Source of the DNA: Bdellovibrio sp. CG22_combo_CG10-13_8_21_14_all_39_27
GTDB taxonomy: Bacteria; Bdellovibrionota; Bacteriovoracia; Bacteriovoracales; Bacteriovoracaceae
Assembly: GCA_002786715.1 (NCBI GenBank)
Contig: PCTW01000038.1
Coordinates: 206,304 to 270,303 of the forward strand
Reading direction: 5' to 3'
DNA: 64,000 nt
The number at the start of each line of letters is the position of its first letter. Position 1 is the first letter of the stretch. The position numbers and the translations under genes were made by a program. The notes under the pieces are model-generated. The model searched no databases and was not told where the DNA came from. It saw only the letters and a program-made list of their open reading frames with translations. Shown here piece by piece: positions 26,204 through 36,258 of the stretch.

Positions 26204-26995
26204 ATGAAAATGTGTGCTGTCGTTTTATTGGGCTTATTATCCGTTACTCCTTTGATGGCCCAAGATTATTGGAAAAATGCCTGCAGCACATCCAAGGAGT
26301 ATATTACGACTCTCAATTTTCTAAGAGATCACAAGGAATTTGGCCTAGAGGAAAAAGGGATTCAATCGATAGCAGATAATGTTTCAAAGGGATGTACGGA
26401 TTCAGCTCTTCGATTTATTAAGGCGACAGATATGTTAGTAAAGGCCAGCCTGCCAACAGTAACTGCGCTCGAAGAAGGGCAAAGATTGGCCGTTAAAAGC
26501 AACGCTGAAACTGAAAATTTTGTTAGCATTTTTAAGAGAATCTACTTGGAGAAGTTTTTTGATTTACCCGCCAGTGATGCCTTGGCCCTGGCCAAGAAAA
26601 TCACCGTGGAGTTGGAACGCGATCACGTCAGAGTGTTGAGCGATTTTAATGAACTCTCTGACTTCTGTCTTAATAGAAAAGGTCTCGATCTCTCGCTTAA
26701 AACCTGCAGTGATATGATTGGAAAAATTATTCCCAAAGGCGAAGATCAAGCTCCAAGCATCGCCCGCGCATTCGTTGATCTGATTGAATTTATGACTGTC
26801 GATTCTAAAGGCCCACAAATTCCACTTAAACAAGCGATTGATGAATCTATCAAAATTCTCGACCATGGATCACGTGCTGCTGATAACTATATTTTGGCGT
26901 TTAAATTTGCGATTTCTGAAAAAGGTTTGAGCATGAAAAATAAAGATGCCATGGCCTTTTCAGCAACCATGGCATCACGATCTGTTAAAAATTAA
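26204..26995 (+). CDS. Secreted helical protein of unknown function
   Basis: Signal peptide MKMCAVVLLGLLSVTPLMA and RBS GGAGAAG. Confidence 0.45.
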   Translation: MKMCAVVLLGLLSVTPLMAQDYWKNACSTSKEYITTLNFLRDHKEFGLEEKGIQSIADNVSKGCTDSALRFIKATDMLVKASLPTVTALEEGQRLAVKSNAETENFVSIFKRIYLEKFFDLPASDALALAKKITVELERDHVRVLSDFNELSDFCLNRKGLDLSLKTCSDMIGKIIPKGEDQAPSIARAFVDLIEFMTVDSKGPQIPLKQAIDESIKILDHGSRAADNYILAFKFAISEKGLSMKNKDAMAFSATMASRSVKN

Positions 26996-27686
26996 AAGAA
27001 ACTAAAAGGGCCGGTACTATTTGATCTTTACCTGGGACTTTCATCAGTCCAGTGCTTGCTACAGGTGCAAAGATTTTTCTCTTGTAGAGTTCTTGTTCTC
27101 GCGCAGTATCTTCCCATTGATTGCTAAAAAGCATCGGAAGAAGAGATCCAACAGCGGCAAGCCCATCAATAATTTGTGACTTTGTATCTTTCTTAGAATT
27201 TGAAAGGAGATAAAGTGAAGCGGCACCATTGGTGGCAAAAGAGAGATACCTCATCGTCTTTCCAAGTCTTCCTAATCGATTGATTTGCTCTTCCGCAAGA
27301 CGCTCTCTTGTGAGTTGTTCTCTTTCAGATTTGACAGGCATATCCTTAATTTCTTGATAGGCACGACGATAACCTTGATAGCTGAAAGACATGTAGGCAT
27401 TGAGAGCAAGCCACGAACCACCAACCACGATTCCAACCAAAGGTGAACGTTTTTCGGGGTCACTTGAGGTATCTACGTCTTGCATGATACCAGCGGTAAG
27501 AGTGAGAAGCGCAGAAGCAGTGATAGGCATTTGAAATCCAAGTCTATTTTGCGACTCTTTGTCCGCTTCAATTTTGAGACGATCCGATGCTCTTGGGGTG
27601 ACATTGAGTTCCGGATAATCAGAGGCAAACGCTAAGCCATTCATAGAAAAAGCTAAAAGTAAAAGAGCAGCTCGAAGAGAGTTCAT
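26985..27686 (-). CDS. Secreted or membrane protein of unknown function
   Basis: Signal peptide ...MNGLAFA. It has hydrophobic segments and the terminal residues are FNF. Confidence 0.45.
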   Translation of the reverse strand: MNSLRAALLLLAFSMNGLAFASDYPELNVTPRASDRLKIEADKESQNRLGFQMPITASALLTLTAGIMQDVDTSSDPEKRSPLVGIVVGGSWLALNAYMSFSYQGYRRAYQEIKDMPVKSEREQLTRERLAEEQINRLGRLGKTMRYLSFATNGAASLYLLSNSKKDTKSQIIDGLAAVGSLLPMLFSNQWEDTAREQELYKRKIFAPVASTGLMKVPGKDQIVPALLVSFNF

Positions 27687-27766
27687 TTCTTCATCCTTGA
27701 AAAGAGTTCATAGTGTTATTATCCTCATTATAGATTGATCGATAAAAATTCCAATGAATAAAGGAC

Positions 27767-28933
27767 ATGTCCATGAAAAAACTTATCTCTTTAGCAATTT
27801 GCTTCGGACTGAATTGGTCTTCCTTTGCAAGTATGGCCAAGGTTAAAAAAGTCAAAGGCGAAGTCACAAAACTTTCAATTGGAATGAGAGAAGCTGTGTT
27901 ACTGAAAGAGGGGGATGCGCTTTCAAAAGATACCTCACTGCTTTCTCACGATAAAAGTTTTGCCATTATTGTCTACGAAGATGGAACTCAAGTTACTTTA
28001 GGTCCAAATAGTAAAATTATTATCGATAAAATTGAGAAGACTGATCAGCAATTTGTTTCTTTGTTGACGGGGAAGATCAAAGCCGAAGTTGAAAAGGCGA
28101 CTAAAGAAAAGAAGAATTCAAAAATGTTGGTTAAAACTCGTTCTGCAGCGCTCGGCGTTCGCGGAACGGTATTTCAAACGACTTATAACCCAGAGTCAAG
28201 AATTACTTCCCTTATTACGTTGAGAGGAAAAGTGGCGATGGCGAAAATGCCGGAGAAGGCTCAGGTTCCGACCAAAGTCGAGGCCAAGCAAGTTCTTCAA
28301 ACGGAAACTCAGCAGATGGATAAGCTTTTGAATAAATCTGGGGTTATCGTTGAAAAAGGTGAGTATTCTGGTGTTTCTGATAATCTCGCTCATGCAACAG
28401 CTCCTGTTTCTATTGCACCAGAGCAAGTCGCTAAATTAACTTTGAATAAAACCCTTGGTGCTACTGTAGAAAAGTTTGATCAGAAAATTGTAGAAGCACA
28501 AATTGTAAAGACCACAAAAGAAATGGAAGAGAAGGCCAAAACAGAAACTCCAATTAAAGAAGCTAAATTTGATGCTAAAAAAGAAATCTACACTCCTCGT
28601 CCTGGGGGGTTGGTCGACATCGACTCAGGTGTCTATGTTCCTCCTGCTAAAGAGTCTGCATATATCGATAACCTCAACGCCTTTACTGCTACCAAAAAAA
28701 TTGGAAGTTTAACTGAAGATGGACAATACATTCCACCGAAGGGGCTCAAGCTAGAAGCGGGGAAAGGATTTGTCGTTACCGATGAGGGGCAAAAATCTAG
28801 TGAAACTGTTGTTGCAAGCGCTAAGGAACTTAACCAAGATATTGCTGCACAAATTATTAAACCGAAGAAGGCTAAACTCGAAGAGTTGGAAGATGACGCC
28901 TACGAAAAATATTTTAATGCTGATGAACTTTAA
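27767..28933 (+). CDS. Secreted FecR-domain protein (paralogue of 23560..25290)
   Basis: GDALSKDTSLLSHDKSFAIIVYEDGTQVTLGPNSKIII ... LGVRGTV parallels the FecR block of the 23560 gene. Confidence 0.6.
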   Translation: MSMKKLISLAICFGLNWSSFASMAKVKKVKGEVTKLSIGMREAVLLKEGDALSKDTSLLSHDKSFAIIVYEDGTQVTLGPNSKIIIDKIEKTDQQFVSLLTGKIKAEVEKATKEKKNSKMLVKTRSAALGVRGTVFQTTYNPESRITSLITLRGKVAMAKMPEKAQVPTKVEAKQVLQTETQQMDKLLNKSGVIVEKGEYSGVSDNLAHATAPVSIAPEQVAKLTLNKTLGATVEKFDQKIVEAQIVKTTKEMEEKAKTETPIKEAKFDAKKEIYTPRPGGLVDIDSGVYVPPAKESAYIDNLNAFTATKKIGSLTEDGQYIPPKGLKLEAGKGFVVTDEGQKSSETVVASAKELNQDIAAQIIKPKKAKLEELEDDAYEKYFNADEL

Positions 28934-28984
28934 TAAGCATTTCAAGGTATAATATTAAAAATATAATTAAGCAAAGGACAACTT

Positions 28985-30703
28985 ATGGCCAAGTTTAGAA
29001 CTGATCTCCGTGACGTCTATTTCAATTTATTTGATTATCTCAAAGTTTCAGACGGAACTGATTTTCAAGATCAAGATTTAAAAGACATTGTTGAACAATT
29101 TAATAAATTCGTTGAAAGCGAAATTTGGCCAACTCGTGAAGTTGGAGATCGCGAAGGTGTAAAACTAACTGCTGATGGAGTTAAGGTTCCAGCTTGCTTC
29201 AAACCCGCATTAGAACAGTATTATCAAAATGGTTGGTTTGCCCTCGGTAAACCGGAAGAAATTGGCGGCATGCCAGCTCCTCACTCTGTAGGCTTTGTTT
29301 GTACCTCTATTTTTTGTGGCGCAAACATGGGCTTTTCTATGTATTCAGGATTATCAGAAGGGGCCATGAACGTTATCAATCAAATTGGTGATCAAAAGCA
29401 AAAGGATCTCTTTATTCCAAAAATGATGGAAGGTACTTGGGGCGGGACAATGTGCTTAACTGAACCTGGTGCAGGTTCGGATGTCGGAGCCTGTAAAACA
29501 TCTGCAACTCCTCAAGCTGATGGAAGCTATTCCATGAAAGGAGTTAAAATTTTTATCTCTTCAGGTGAAAATGATCTTTATAAAAATATTATTCATTTGG
29601 TCTTAGGTCGCACTCCAGGTGCTCCAGCTGGAACAAAGGGACTCTCTCTTTTTGTCGTTCCACGATTTCATATCAATGACGACGGAAGCTCTGGCGCAGC
29701 CAATGGAGTAAAGTGCACCAAGATTGAAGAGAAAATGGGAATTCATGCTTCTGCAACTTGTGAGCTTACCTTTGGTTCAGATGGAGAATGCAAAGGCTAT
29801 CTTATCGGAAAAGAATTTGATGGCATGGCCAACATGTTTATCATGATGAATGAAGCTCGATTATTAGTCGCCATGCATGGGGAATCACAAGCTGCACTTT
29901 CTTACCAATTGGCTGAACAATATGCTAAAGAGCGCATTCAATTTGGTACGGAAATTGTTCACCATATGGATGTTAAAAGATTGTTGTTAAAAACAAGAGC
30001 GAAGTCTCGCGGTCTTCGTGCTCTCAATTTATTTGCGGCCCATATCTTAGATCTCTCTCATAAAAATCCAGACTATGAGAATCTTTTGGCCCTCTTGGTT
30101 CCCATCTGTAAAAGCTATTGTTCTGATGAAGGTTTCAATGTCTGCGTTGATGCAGTTCAAATTCATGGTGGATATGGTTACTGTTCTGAATACGGTATTG
30201 AGCAATTTGTTCGCGATGAAAAAATTGCTACCATTTATGAAGGAACAAATGCCATTCAAGCGATTGACTTCATTATGAGAAAAATTTTGCGTGATGGTGG
30301 AAAAACATTTGTTTCCCTTGGGGAAAGAATGAGCAAGAGTTTAAAAGATAATGCTCAAGCTGACTGGAAAGTAGAGCAAGAAATGATTGCTCATTTTTTA
30401 CAAGAATCTCAGGCAATTGTAAGCAGAATGGCCGATTGGGCGAAAAACAATAAGTCTGATTTGATTTTGTCTCAAGCAACTGATTTTCTCAACTATTGTG
30501 GTCATCTTGTTTCAAGTTGGATTCTCATGGAGCATGCGGCAATTGCGCACAAGGCAATGAGCGGTGCTTCAGGTGAGGAAAAGCAATACCTTCAATCCAA
30601 AATTGATGACTTTCGATTTTTCTGTCGTCATGTGTTGAGTATGAATTATGGTCTCGTTCATAGATTTTCAATGTCTGAAGAAATTCCTGTTATGGAGCTT
30701 TAG
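28985..30703 (+). CDS. Long-type acyl-CoA dehydrogenase
   Basis: Motifs CLTEPGAGSD, ERIQFG and IYEGTNAIQA; 572 aa with a C-terminal extension. Confidence 0.85.
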   Translation: MAKFRTDLRDVYFNLFDYLKVSDGTDFQDQDLKDIVEQFNKFVESEIWPTREVGDREGVKLTADGVKVPACFKPALEQYYQNGWFALGKPEEIGGMPAPHSVGFVCTSIFCGANMGFSMYSGLSEGAMNVINQIGDQKQKDLFIPKMMEGTWGGTMCLTEPGAGSDVGACKTSATPQADGSYSMKGVKIFISSGENDLYKNIIHLVLGRTPGAPAGTKGLSLFVVPRFHINDDGSSGAANGVKCTKIEEKMGIHASATCELTFGSDGECKGYLIGKEFDGMANMFIMMNEARLLVAMHGESQAALSYQLAEQYAKERIQFGTEIVHHMDVKRLLLKTRAKSRGLRALNLFAAHILDLSHKNPDYENLLALLVPICKSYCSDEGFNVCVDAVQIHGGYGYCSEYGIEQFVRDEKIATIYEGTNAIQAIDFIMRKILRDGGKTFVSLGERMSKSLKDNAQADWKVEQEMIAHFLQESQAIVSRMADWAKNNKSDLILSQATDFLNYCGHLVSSWILMEHAAIAHKAMSGASGEEKQYLQSKIDDFRFFCRHVLSMNYGLVHRFSMSEEIPVMEL

Positions 30704-30765
30704 AGAATTAGGTGCTAGCATTGAACCAATTATACTTTTAACGTTTTTTAAATTTTAGGGTTTTA

Positions 30766-31596
30766 ATGGATTTGAAAAGACTTTTCGAGGAAATCTCGGT
30801 CTTTTCAAAGGAGAAGCACGGCAGCACCGATTACTACAAAGAAGAGCTTTTTGTAATGGGTGAGAGCGAGAACGAGTTCGCTCCTTTGAAATACCTCATC
30901 AAGAAATTGGATTTCCTACAATCGGATGCCGATCTTAAATCGCAAGGGTTTGTTTGCGACTCGTATGATCTTTATGATCTCAATAGTTTTGATAAATGGT
31001 ACGAGTATCAATTCTCTCAAAAACTAAAGCGTTCATTTGCCAAGAACATAAGTCTTCTTTTGTTGCCAAATAATAAGGCCATCTTTGATGCCGTTGAACT
31101 TGCTCATAAATCTTATGATGTTCTCAAAAAACAAAATATTCTTTTAAATAGCAAGAATCTTCCTGTGCAGTTAGGTGAGTGGTACAGCAAATGCATTTTT
31201 GGATTGAATCAAACCAAGTCCGCTTCGCAAAGAGGATTTGATTTTTACATCGGGGACAAGAGAGTTGAGATCAAAGTATCTTGGAACGATGTCACTTCTC
31301 CAAAAGGCGTGAAGATTAGAAAAAGTTTGGTAGATCTCTCCGACTATTGCATTATTATGTACATCGGTCGCAATTTTATGATTCGTGAAATTTGTTTTCT
31401 CGATTCAGACTTTGTCGCGAGAAAGTTTGGCGGTAAAGGACATACGGTCTTTTTAAAAGATTCAGATGTGTCTCAATACTTTTTTAGCCAAAGTACAAAG
31501 CATGTCGACAAGGTTTCAAACCCTGTTTCTCTTCTCAAATTTTCTAGCCCCACATTTGCTATGAAAATTGCAGAAAATTTCCCGAAACAAAATTAA
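30766..31596 (+). CDS. Hypothetical protein with a PD-(D/E)xK nuclease-like core
   Basis: LGEWYSKCIFGL...RGFDFYIGDKRVEIKVS fits a GE...D-x(n)-E-x-K restriction-endonuclease-like signature. The N-terminal 130 aa are unassigned. Confidence 0.4.
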   Translation: MDLKRLFEEISVFSKEKHGSTDYYKEELFVMGESENEFAPLKYLIKKLDFLQSDADLKSQGFVCDSYDLYDLNSFDKWYEYQFSQKLKRSFAKNISLLLLPNNKAIFDAVELAHKSYDVLKKQNILLNSKNLPVQLGEWYSKCIFGLNQTKSASQRGFDFYIGDKRVEIKVSWNDVTSPKGVKIRKSLVDLSDYCIIMYIGRNFMIREICFLDSDFVARKFGGKGHTVFLKDSDVSQYFFSQSTKHVDKVSNPVSLLKFSSPTFAMKIAENFPKQN

Positions 31597-32783
31597 TAAA
31601 GATTGTAACGGACGAGACGGCTATCAATGTCTCCGTTGCGGAGTTCAATTCTCTTGGAAGTCTGTAGGGCAATACTTTTGCGAAGGTTTGGATCTCCCAA
31701 AAGAAGATAGGCCCGAAAACCTTTAAAGTTTTGCTTCATTGTTTCACCAAATTCGTGAATAAGTTCTTGGGCCTCTTCCACTTCTTCCATACGTTTACCG
31801 TAAGGAGGATTGGTGACGATGATTCCACTTTCCGCAGGAGCCGAGAGTGTTTGCGCCTTTTGACGAGTGAGTTTGACAATTTTTGGAGAGAGTCCAAGCT
31901 TTAACAAAGATTCTTCAACCATTTCAAGCGCTCTTGGAGCAATATCGTTCCCATAAAGTTGCAAGCTTTCGGCCACGACTTTATTTTTCTTAAAAGTATC
32001 TTTCATCTCTTCTACACAATTCATCCATACATCATGTTGAGCGTTATTGCGTTTAAAGTAAGCGTGATTAAAAAAAGCAAAGCCATGAGTGAATCTAAGA
32101 ATTGATGGAGGAAGACCTGCTCCGATCATTGCCGCTTCAACCAGAATTGTTCCCGATCCACAAAAGGGATCCATAAAAACTTCTGTGCGATTCCAATCAG
32201 TGTGAAGAACGCAACCTGCGGCTAAGTTCTCACGCAAAGGAGCTTCGTGTCCTTTGCCTCTGTAACCTCTGTGATGGAGAGGCATGCCAACGAGATCGAG
32301 AGAGAGGGTGCATTTCCAATAGCCTGGCTTTGGTGTCTTTTCAATGCGAAGGAGAAAAGACATATCTGGAGATTGAAGTTCAATATTAGGTCTCTCGCCC
32401 CACTTATCTCTTAGGCGATCACACATTCCATCTTTAGTTAACTGAGAGAGATAAATGCTGTTTCGAAAAGTTCCTTGAGCTTCTTTATCGAGAAGGGTGG
32501 TAATCTTGAGAGTTTGATCTCTCATAAACCATTCTTCCCAAGCAAAGTTCGAAACTTTTTTGACGATTTCCTTTTCGTTAGTGATCTCAAATTCCGTAAC
32601 GTTTAAAAAAATACGACTGGCAATCCGAGTCCATAGCATGAATTTATAGAGGCTTTCCCATTCACCTTTGAGATGAACGCCACCTCGACCAGGGAAAGGG
32701 TTGAGGTTAAAAGCTTTCGCCTCTTCATTTAAAAGCGTCTCGAGTCCCATCGGACAAGAGGCAAAGTATCGGTTCATGCCCAC
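31593..32783 (-). CDS. THUMP-domain class I SAM-dependent RNA methyltransferase (RlmL/YpsC-like)
   Basis: SAM motif DPFCGSGT and catalytic motif TNPPYG. The N-terminal region is THUMP-like. Confidence 0.85.
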   Translation of the reverse strand: MGMNRYFASCPMGLETLLNEEAKAFNLNPFPGRGGVHLKGEWESLYKFMLWTRIASRIFLNVTEFEITNEKEIVKKVSNFAWEEWFMRDQTLKITTLLDKEAQGTFRNSIYLSQLTKDGMCDRLRDKWGERPNIELQSPDMSFLLRIEKTPKPGYWKCTLSLDLVGMPLHHRGYRGKGHEAPLRENLAAGCVLHTDWNRTEVFMDPFCGSGTILVEAAMIGAGLPPSILRFTHGFAFFNHAYFKRNNAQHDVWMNCVEEMKDTFKKNKVVAESLQLYGNDIAPRALEMVEESLLKLGLSPKIVKLTRQKAQTLSAPAESGIIVTNPPYGKRMEEVEEAQELIHEFGETMKQNFKGFRAYLLLGDPNLRKSIALQTSKRIELRNGDIDSRLVRYNLY

Positions 32784-33715
32784 TCCATTTCAAAAAAACT
32801 CAGGGCCCTGTTTAGCAAATCTTGGTAGGAATTGGCCATTTTCCGGTCAAGTGCGCCTTCCTTAAAACGTTTAATCCTCCATAAAGCAATAGAGTAGAGC
32901 CCCAGCAATATCGCTTCTTTTAAATGGGCACGTTCTTCAGTTGGGAGAGGTCTAACAGATTGATAGCCTTCTAACAATGAATCAATGAGGGCAGGGTGAA
33001 TTCTACCCTTTTCAAGGCAGGTTCCTGAGATACAAATGCCTAAATCGAAGACCAATTGGTCTATTCCGGCCTGTTCAAAGTCAAGAATGGCCTTTAAGTG
33101 GTTTTGATCAAACAGGGTGTTGTCGTAATAAAGGTCGCCGTGGACTAAGCCACGCTTGAAGTCTGTTTCTCTATACGCCCTAAGTCCATCTGGAAAGAGG
33201 GTAAAAAACGATTCACGAAAATCAGGTGGGCAGATATCAGACTGGGCATACTTGTTAATCACATTAACTGGAAAGCCAACTTCTTCGTGTTTTCTGATTG
33301 CCTGCATTTCTCTGTCGCTCCATTCGATTGAATGAAGTGCCGCAATTCCTTTTCCAATTTCACAGCAAGTGCTATCTGCAGGTCCTGGAGGAATTCCTTG
33401 AACAAAGGGAAAAAGAACTCCATGCAAATTTTTTATTTCATAGACAGTCTTTTTTGAGTTCGTTGAAAGAGGAGCAATTGAAAATTTAAAACCCTTCTTT
33501 TTCAATGCTGATAAAATATCCATTTCCTGTTGGATTTGAATTTTATTTTTATCATTGGAAACTTTAAGTAAATAGGTATCTTGAGTGGTCTGCACTCGGT
33601 AATTTGAATTTGATATTCCAAGCGACAGAGATTTAAATTGGAGAAGATCTCCAATATTGTAATGTTGTAAAATTTCTCGCAATTGATCTTGCGTCAGCTT
33701 TGTATAGTCACCCAT
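32774..33715 (-). CDS. thrB: Homoserine kinase type II (protein-kinase fold, ThrB2/APH family)
   Basis: YNIGDLLQFKSLSLGISNSNYRV and HGDLYYDNTLF match the type II ThrB pattern as I recall it. A generic phosphotransferase cannot be excluded. Confidence 0.65.
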   Translation of the reverse strand: MGDYTKLTQDQLREILQHYNIGDLLQFKSLSLGISNSNYRVQTTQDTYLLKVSNDKNKIQIQQEMDILSALKKKGFKFSIAPLSTNSKKTVYEIKNLHGVLFPFVQGIPPGPADSTCCEIGKGIAALHSIEWSDREMQAIRKHEEVGFPVNVINKYAQSDICPPDFRESFFTLFPDGLRAYRETDFKRGLVHGDLYYDNTLFDQNHLKAILDFEQAGIDQLVFDLGICISGTCLEKGRIHPALIDSLLEGYQSVRPLPTEERAHLKEAILLGLYSIALWRIKRFKEGALDRKMANSYQDLLNRALSFFEMEWA

Positions 33716-33766
33716 GGCCCATCATAAAATGTTTGAGTTTAGAAAGAAAGACTTTATACTTCTTGA

Positions 33767-34408
33767 ATGAAAACTGATTTAAGCGATATAGAACTTTTTC
33801 TTTTTGATATGGATGGGACCTTGGTAAATACTGAGCCTTTTCATCTGATGGCAATGAAGAATGTTCTCAGTTCAAAAGGCTTAGCTATTGATTTGACTAG
33901 TCAAGTAGAGCATTTTGCAGGAATGACTGACCAACTGGTTTTAAAAGAGCTTTATCCAGATATGTATGACGATGAAATCAAGGCGATTATTGAGGCTAAA
34001 AATCAGCAATTGGTAGCAGAATTTTCTCATTTTTCTCCATCACATTTAAGTCAATATCTCGCACCAGGCATCCTCCCATTTTTAAAAAGCATTAAGTCTT
34101 TGAATAAAAAGATGGCCGTCGTTTCGGCCAGCGAAGACATAGTTGTTGATGCTACTTTAAAGGCTTTCGAATTAACAAATTTCTTTGAGTTTTGGCTCGG
34201 GCGCAATCAAACAGAGCGAACCAAACCTCATCCAGACCCGTATTTACTAGCTATGCATCGCACGAAGAAAGGGCCAGAAGTTACTGTCATCTTTGAAGAT
34301 TCAGTCAATGGAATGAAAGCGGCCAAGGATTCTGGTGCTCATGCTATCCTTGTCTCACCTTTTGTTGCTCAAAATGGTCATAAAAGCTTCGATGTTTTTT
34401 CTCTCTAA
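33767..34408 (+). CDS. HAD-IA phosphatase (beta-phosphoglucomutase-like)
   Basis: Motifs LFDMDGTLVNTE, VVSAS and FEDSVNGMKAAKDSG. Confidence 0.75.
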   Translation: MKTDLSDIELFLFDMDGTLVNTEPFHLMAMKNVLSSKGLAIDLTSQVEHFAGMTDQLVLKELYPDMYDDEIKAIIEAKNQQLVAEFSHFSPSHLSQYLAPGILPFLKSIKSLNKKMAVVSASEDIVVDATLKAFELTNFFEFWLGRNQTERTKPHPDPYLLAMHRTKKGPEVTVIFEDSVNGMKAAKDSGAHAILVSPFVAQNGHKSFDVFSL

Positions 34409-34497
34409 GTGAACAATGGTTGGATTGTGACAACAGTCTTGCTATAGTTTGGTGTTTTTTAAGAACCAATTGTTTCACTGCGCCATGAGGAGGCTTC

Positions 34498-35799
34498 ATG
34501 AGTTTTACCGATTATAAAGTTAAAGATATGTCCCTAGCTGATTGGGGACGTAAAGAAATAGAAATCGCCGAAAGCGAAATGCCAGGATTAATGGCCCTTC
34601 GTAAAGAATACGGCCCAAAGAAGCCATTGAAAGATGCACGCATTGCTGGTTGTCTTCACATGACAATTCAAACAGCGGTGTTGATCGAAACATTGGTTGA
34701 GCTTGGAGCTACCATCAGATGGTCATCATGTAATATTTTTTCTACTCAAGATCACGCTGCTGCGGCCATCGCTGCTGCTGGCATTCCTGTTTTTGCTTGG
34801 AAAGGCATGACGGAAGAAGAATTCAACTGGTGTATTGAAAAAACTCTTTATTGGGAAGATGGCAAGCCACTCAATATGATTCTTGATGATGGTGGTGACT
34901 TAACAAATATGGTTCTCGATCAATTTCCACAATTAGTGAAAGAGATCAGAGGATTATCTGAAGAAACAACAACGGGTGTTCACCGTTTGTATGAAAGAGT
35001 CAAAAAAGGCACTCTTCCAATGCCAGCAATCAATGTAAACGATTCAGTTACAAAATCAAAATTCGACAACCTTTACGGATGTCGTGAGTCTTTAGTAGAT
35101 GGTATCAAGCGCGCAACTGACGTGATGATCTCTGGTAAAGTTTGTGTGGTTGCTGGTTTCGGTGATGTTGGTAAAGGTTCAGCTGCTTCTCTCGCGGGAA
35201 TGGGCGGACGAGTAATCGTTACTGAAATCGATCCTATCTGTGCTCTTCAAGCGGCGATGGAAGGATATGAAGTTATTCCTATGGATGAAGCGGCTAAGCG
35301 TGGGGACATTTTCGTGACATCAACTGGATGTGTAGACGTTATTACTTCAAAGCATTTAGATAGTATGAAAGACGGAGCGATCGTTTGTAACATCGGTCAC
35401 TTTGATTCAGAAATTCAAATCTCTCACCTCAATAATCATCCAGAAATTAAAAAAGTAAACATCAAGCCTCAAGTGGATATGTATGTTTACCCTAACGGTA
35501 AGCGCGTGATCGTTCTAGCAGAAGGTCGTCTCGTGAATTTAGGTTGCGGAACAGGTCACCCATCATTCGTGATGAGTAATTCATTTACCAACCAAGTAAT
35601 GGCGCAATTAGAGATTTGGAACAATTATAAAAATTATGAAAATAAAGTTTATATGCTTCCAAAACATCTTGATGAAAAAGTGGCTGAGCTTCACCTGGCA
35701 AAAATTGGCGTAAGATTGGATAAATTAACTCCAGCTCAAGCTGATTATCTTGGTGTTAAGCCAACTGGACCATTCAAGCCAGATCATTACCGTTACTAA
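34498..35799 (+). CDS. ahcY: Adenosylhomocysteinase
   Basis: Motifs [29 protein letters not shown] and NIGHFDSEI; ends in DHYRY. Confidence 0.95.
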   Translation: MSFTDYKVKDMSLADWGRKEIEIAESEMPGLMALRKEYGPKKPLKDARIAGCLHMTIQTAVLIETLVELGATIRWSSCNIFSTQDHAAAAIAAAGIPVFAWKGMTEEEFNWCIEKTLYWEDGKPLNMILDDGGDLTNMVLDQFPQLVKEIRGLSEETTTGVHRLYERVKKGTLPMPAINVNDSVTKSKFDNLYGCRESLVDGIKRATDVMISGKVCVVAGFGDVGKGSAASLAGMGGRVIVTEIDPICALQAAMEGYEVIPMDEAAKRGDIFVTSTGCVDVITSKHLDSMKDGAIVCNIGHFDSEIQISHLNNHPEIKKVNIKPQVDMYVYPNGKRVIVLAEGRLVNLGCGTGHPSFVMSNSFTNQVMAQLEIWNNYKNYENKVYMLPKHLDEKVAELHLAKIGVRLDKLTPAQADYLGVKPTGPFKPDHYRY

Positions 35800-35811
35800 G
35801 AAAAGGGGATT

Positions 35812-36258
35812 GTGATGGCAAAGCTCTTCATCGCTTGTGATCACGCGGCTTACCTTGAAAAAGTTGAGCTCATTAAATTTCTAACCAAATTAGGCCATGA
35901 GGTCCAAGATCTTGGACCTCATTCAGCCGATCGAGTCGATTATCCAGATTTTGCCCGCGAAGTTTGCAAAGAAGTTCAACATGAAAAGGGGCTTGGTATT
36001 CTTTTGTGTGGCTCAGGAATCGGAATGTCGATTGCGGCCAATCGTTACAAGAATATTCGAGCTGCCCTTTGCCGAACGGAAAAAGAGGCTGAGCTTTCTA
36101 AACAGCACAATAACGCTAATATTTTATGTCTTGGTGCGAGAATTAACACTCAAGCAGAACTAGAGAGCATTACAAAAGCATGGCTATTGTCTGAATTTGA
36201 AAAAGGTCGTCATTCAGACCGAGTCGCTAAGTTTAATGATTTAGGAGAGGTCCTCTAA
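35812..36258 (+). CDS. rpiB: Ribose-5-phosphate isomerase B
   Basis: Motifs ACDHAAY and CGSGIGMSIAANR. The start is GTG at 35812 or ATG at 35815. Confidence 0.9.
   Translation: MMAKLFIACDHAAYLEKVELIKFLTKLGHEVQDLGPHSADRVDYPDFAREVCKEVQHEKGLGILLCGSGIGMSIAANRYKNIRAALCRTEKEAELSKQHNNANILCLGARINTQAELESITKAWLLSEFEKGRHSDRVAKFNDLGEVL

Noticed and set aside
34409-34497. Possible SAH riboswitch upstream of ahcY.
   Set aside because: The leader is only ~89 nt. It contains GCGCCA and GAGGAGG, but in the wrong order relative to the SAH-element consensus as I recall it, and GAGGAGG is just the RBS. A covariance-model scan (RF01057) would settle it.
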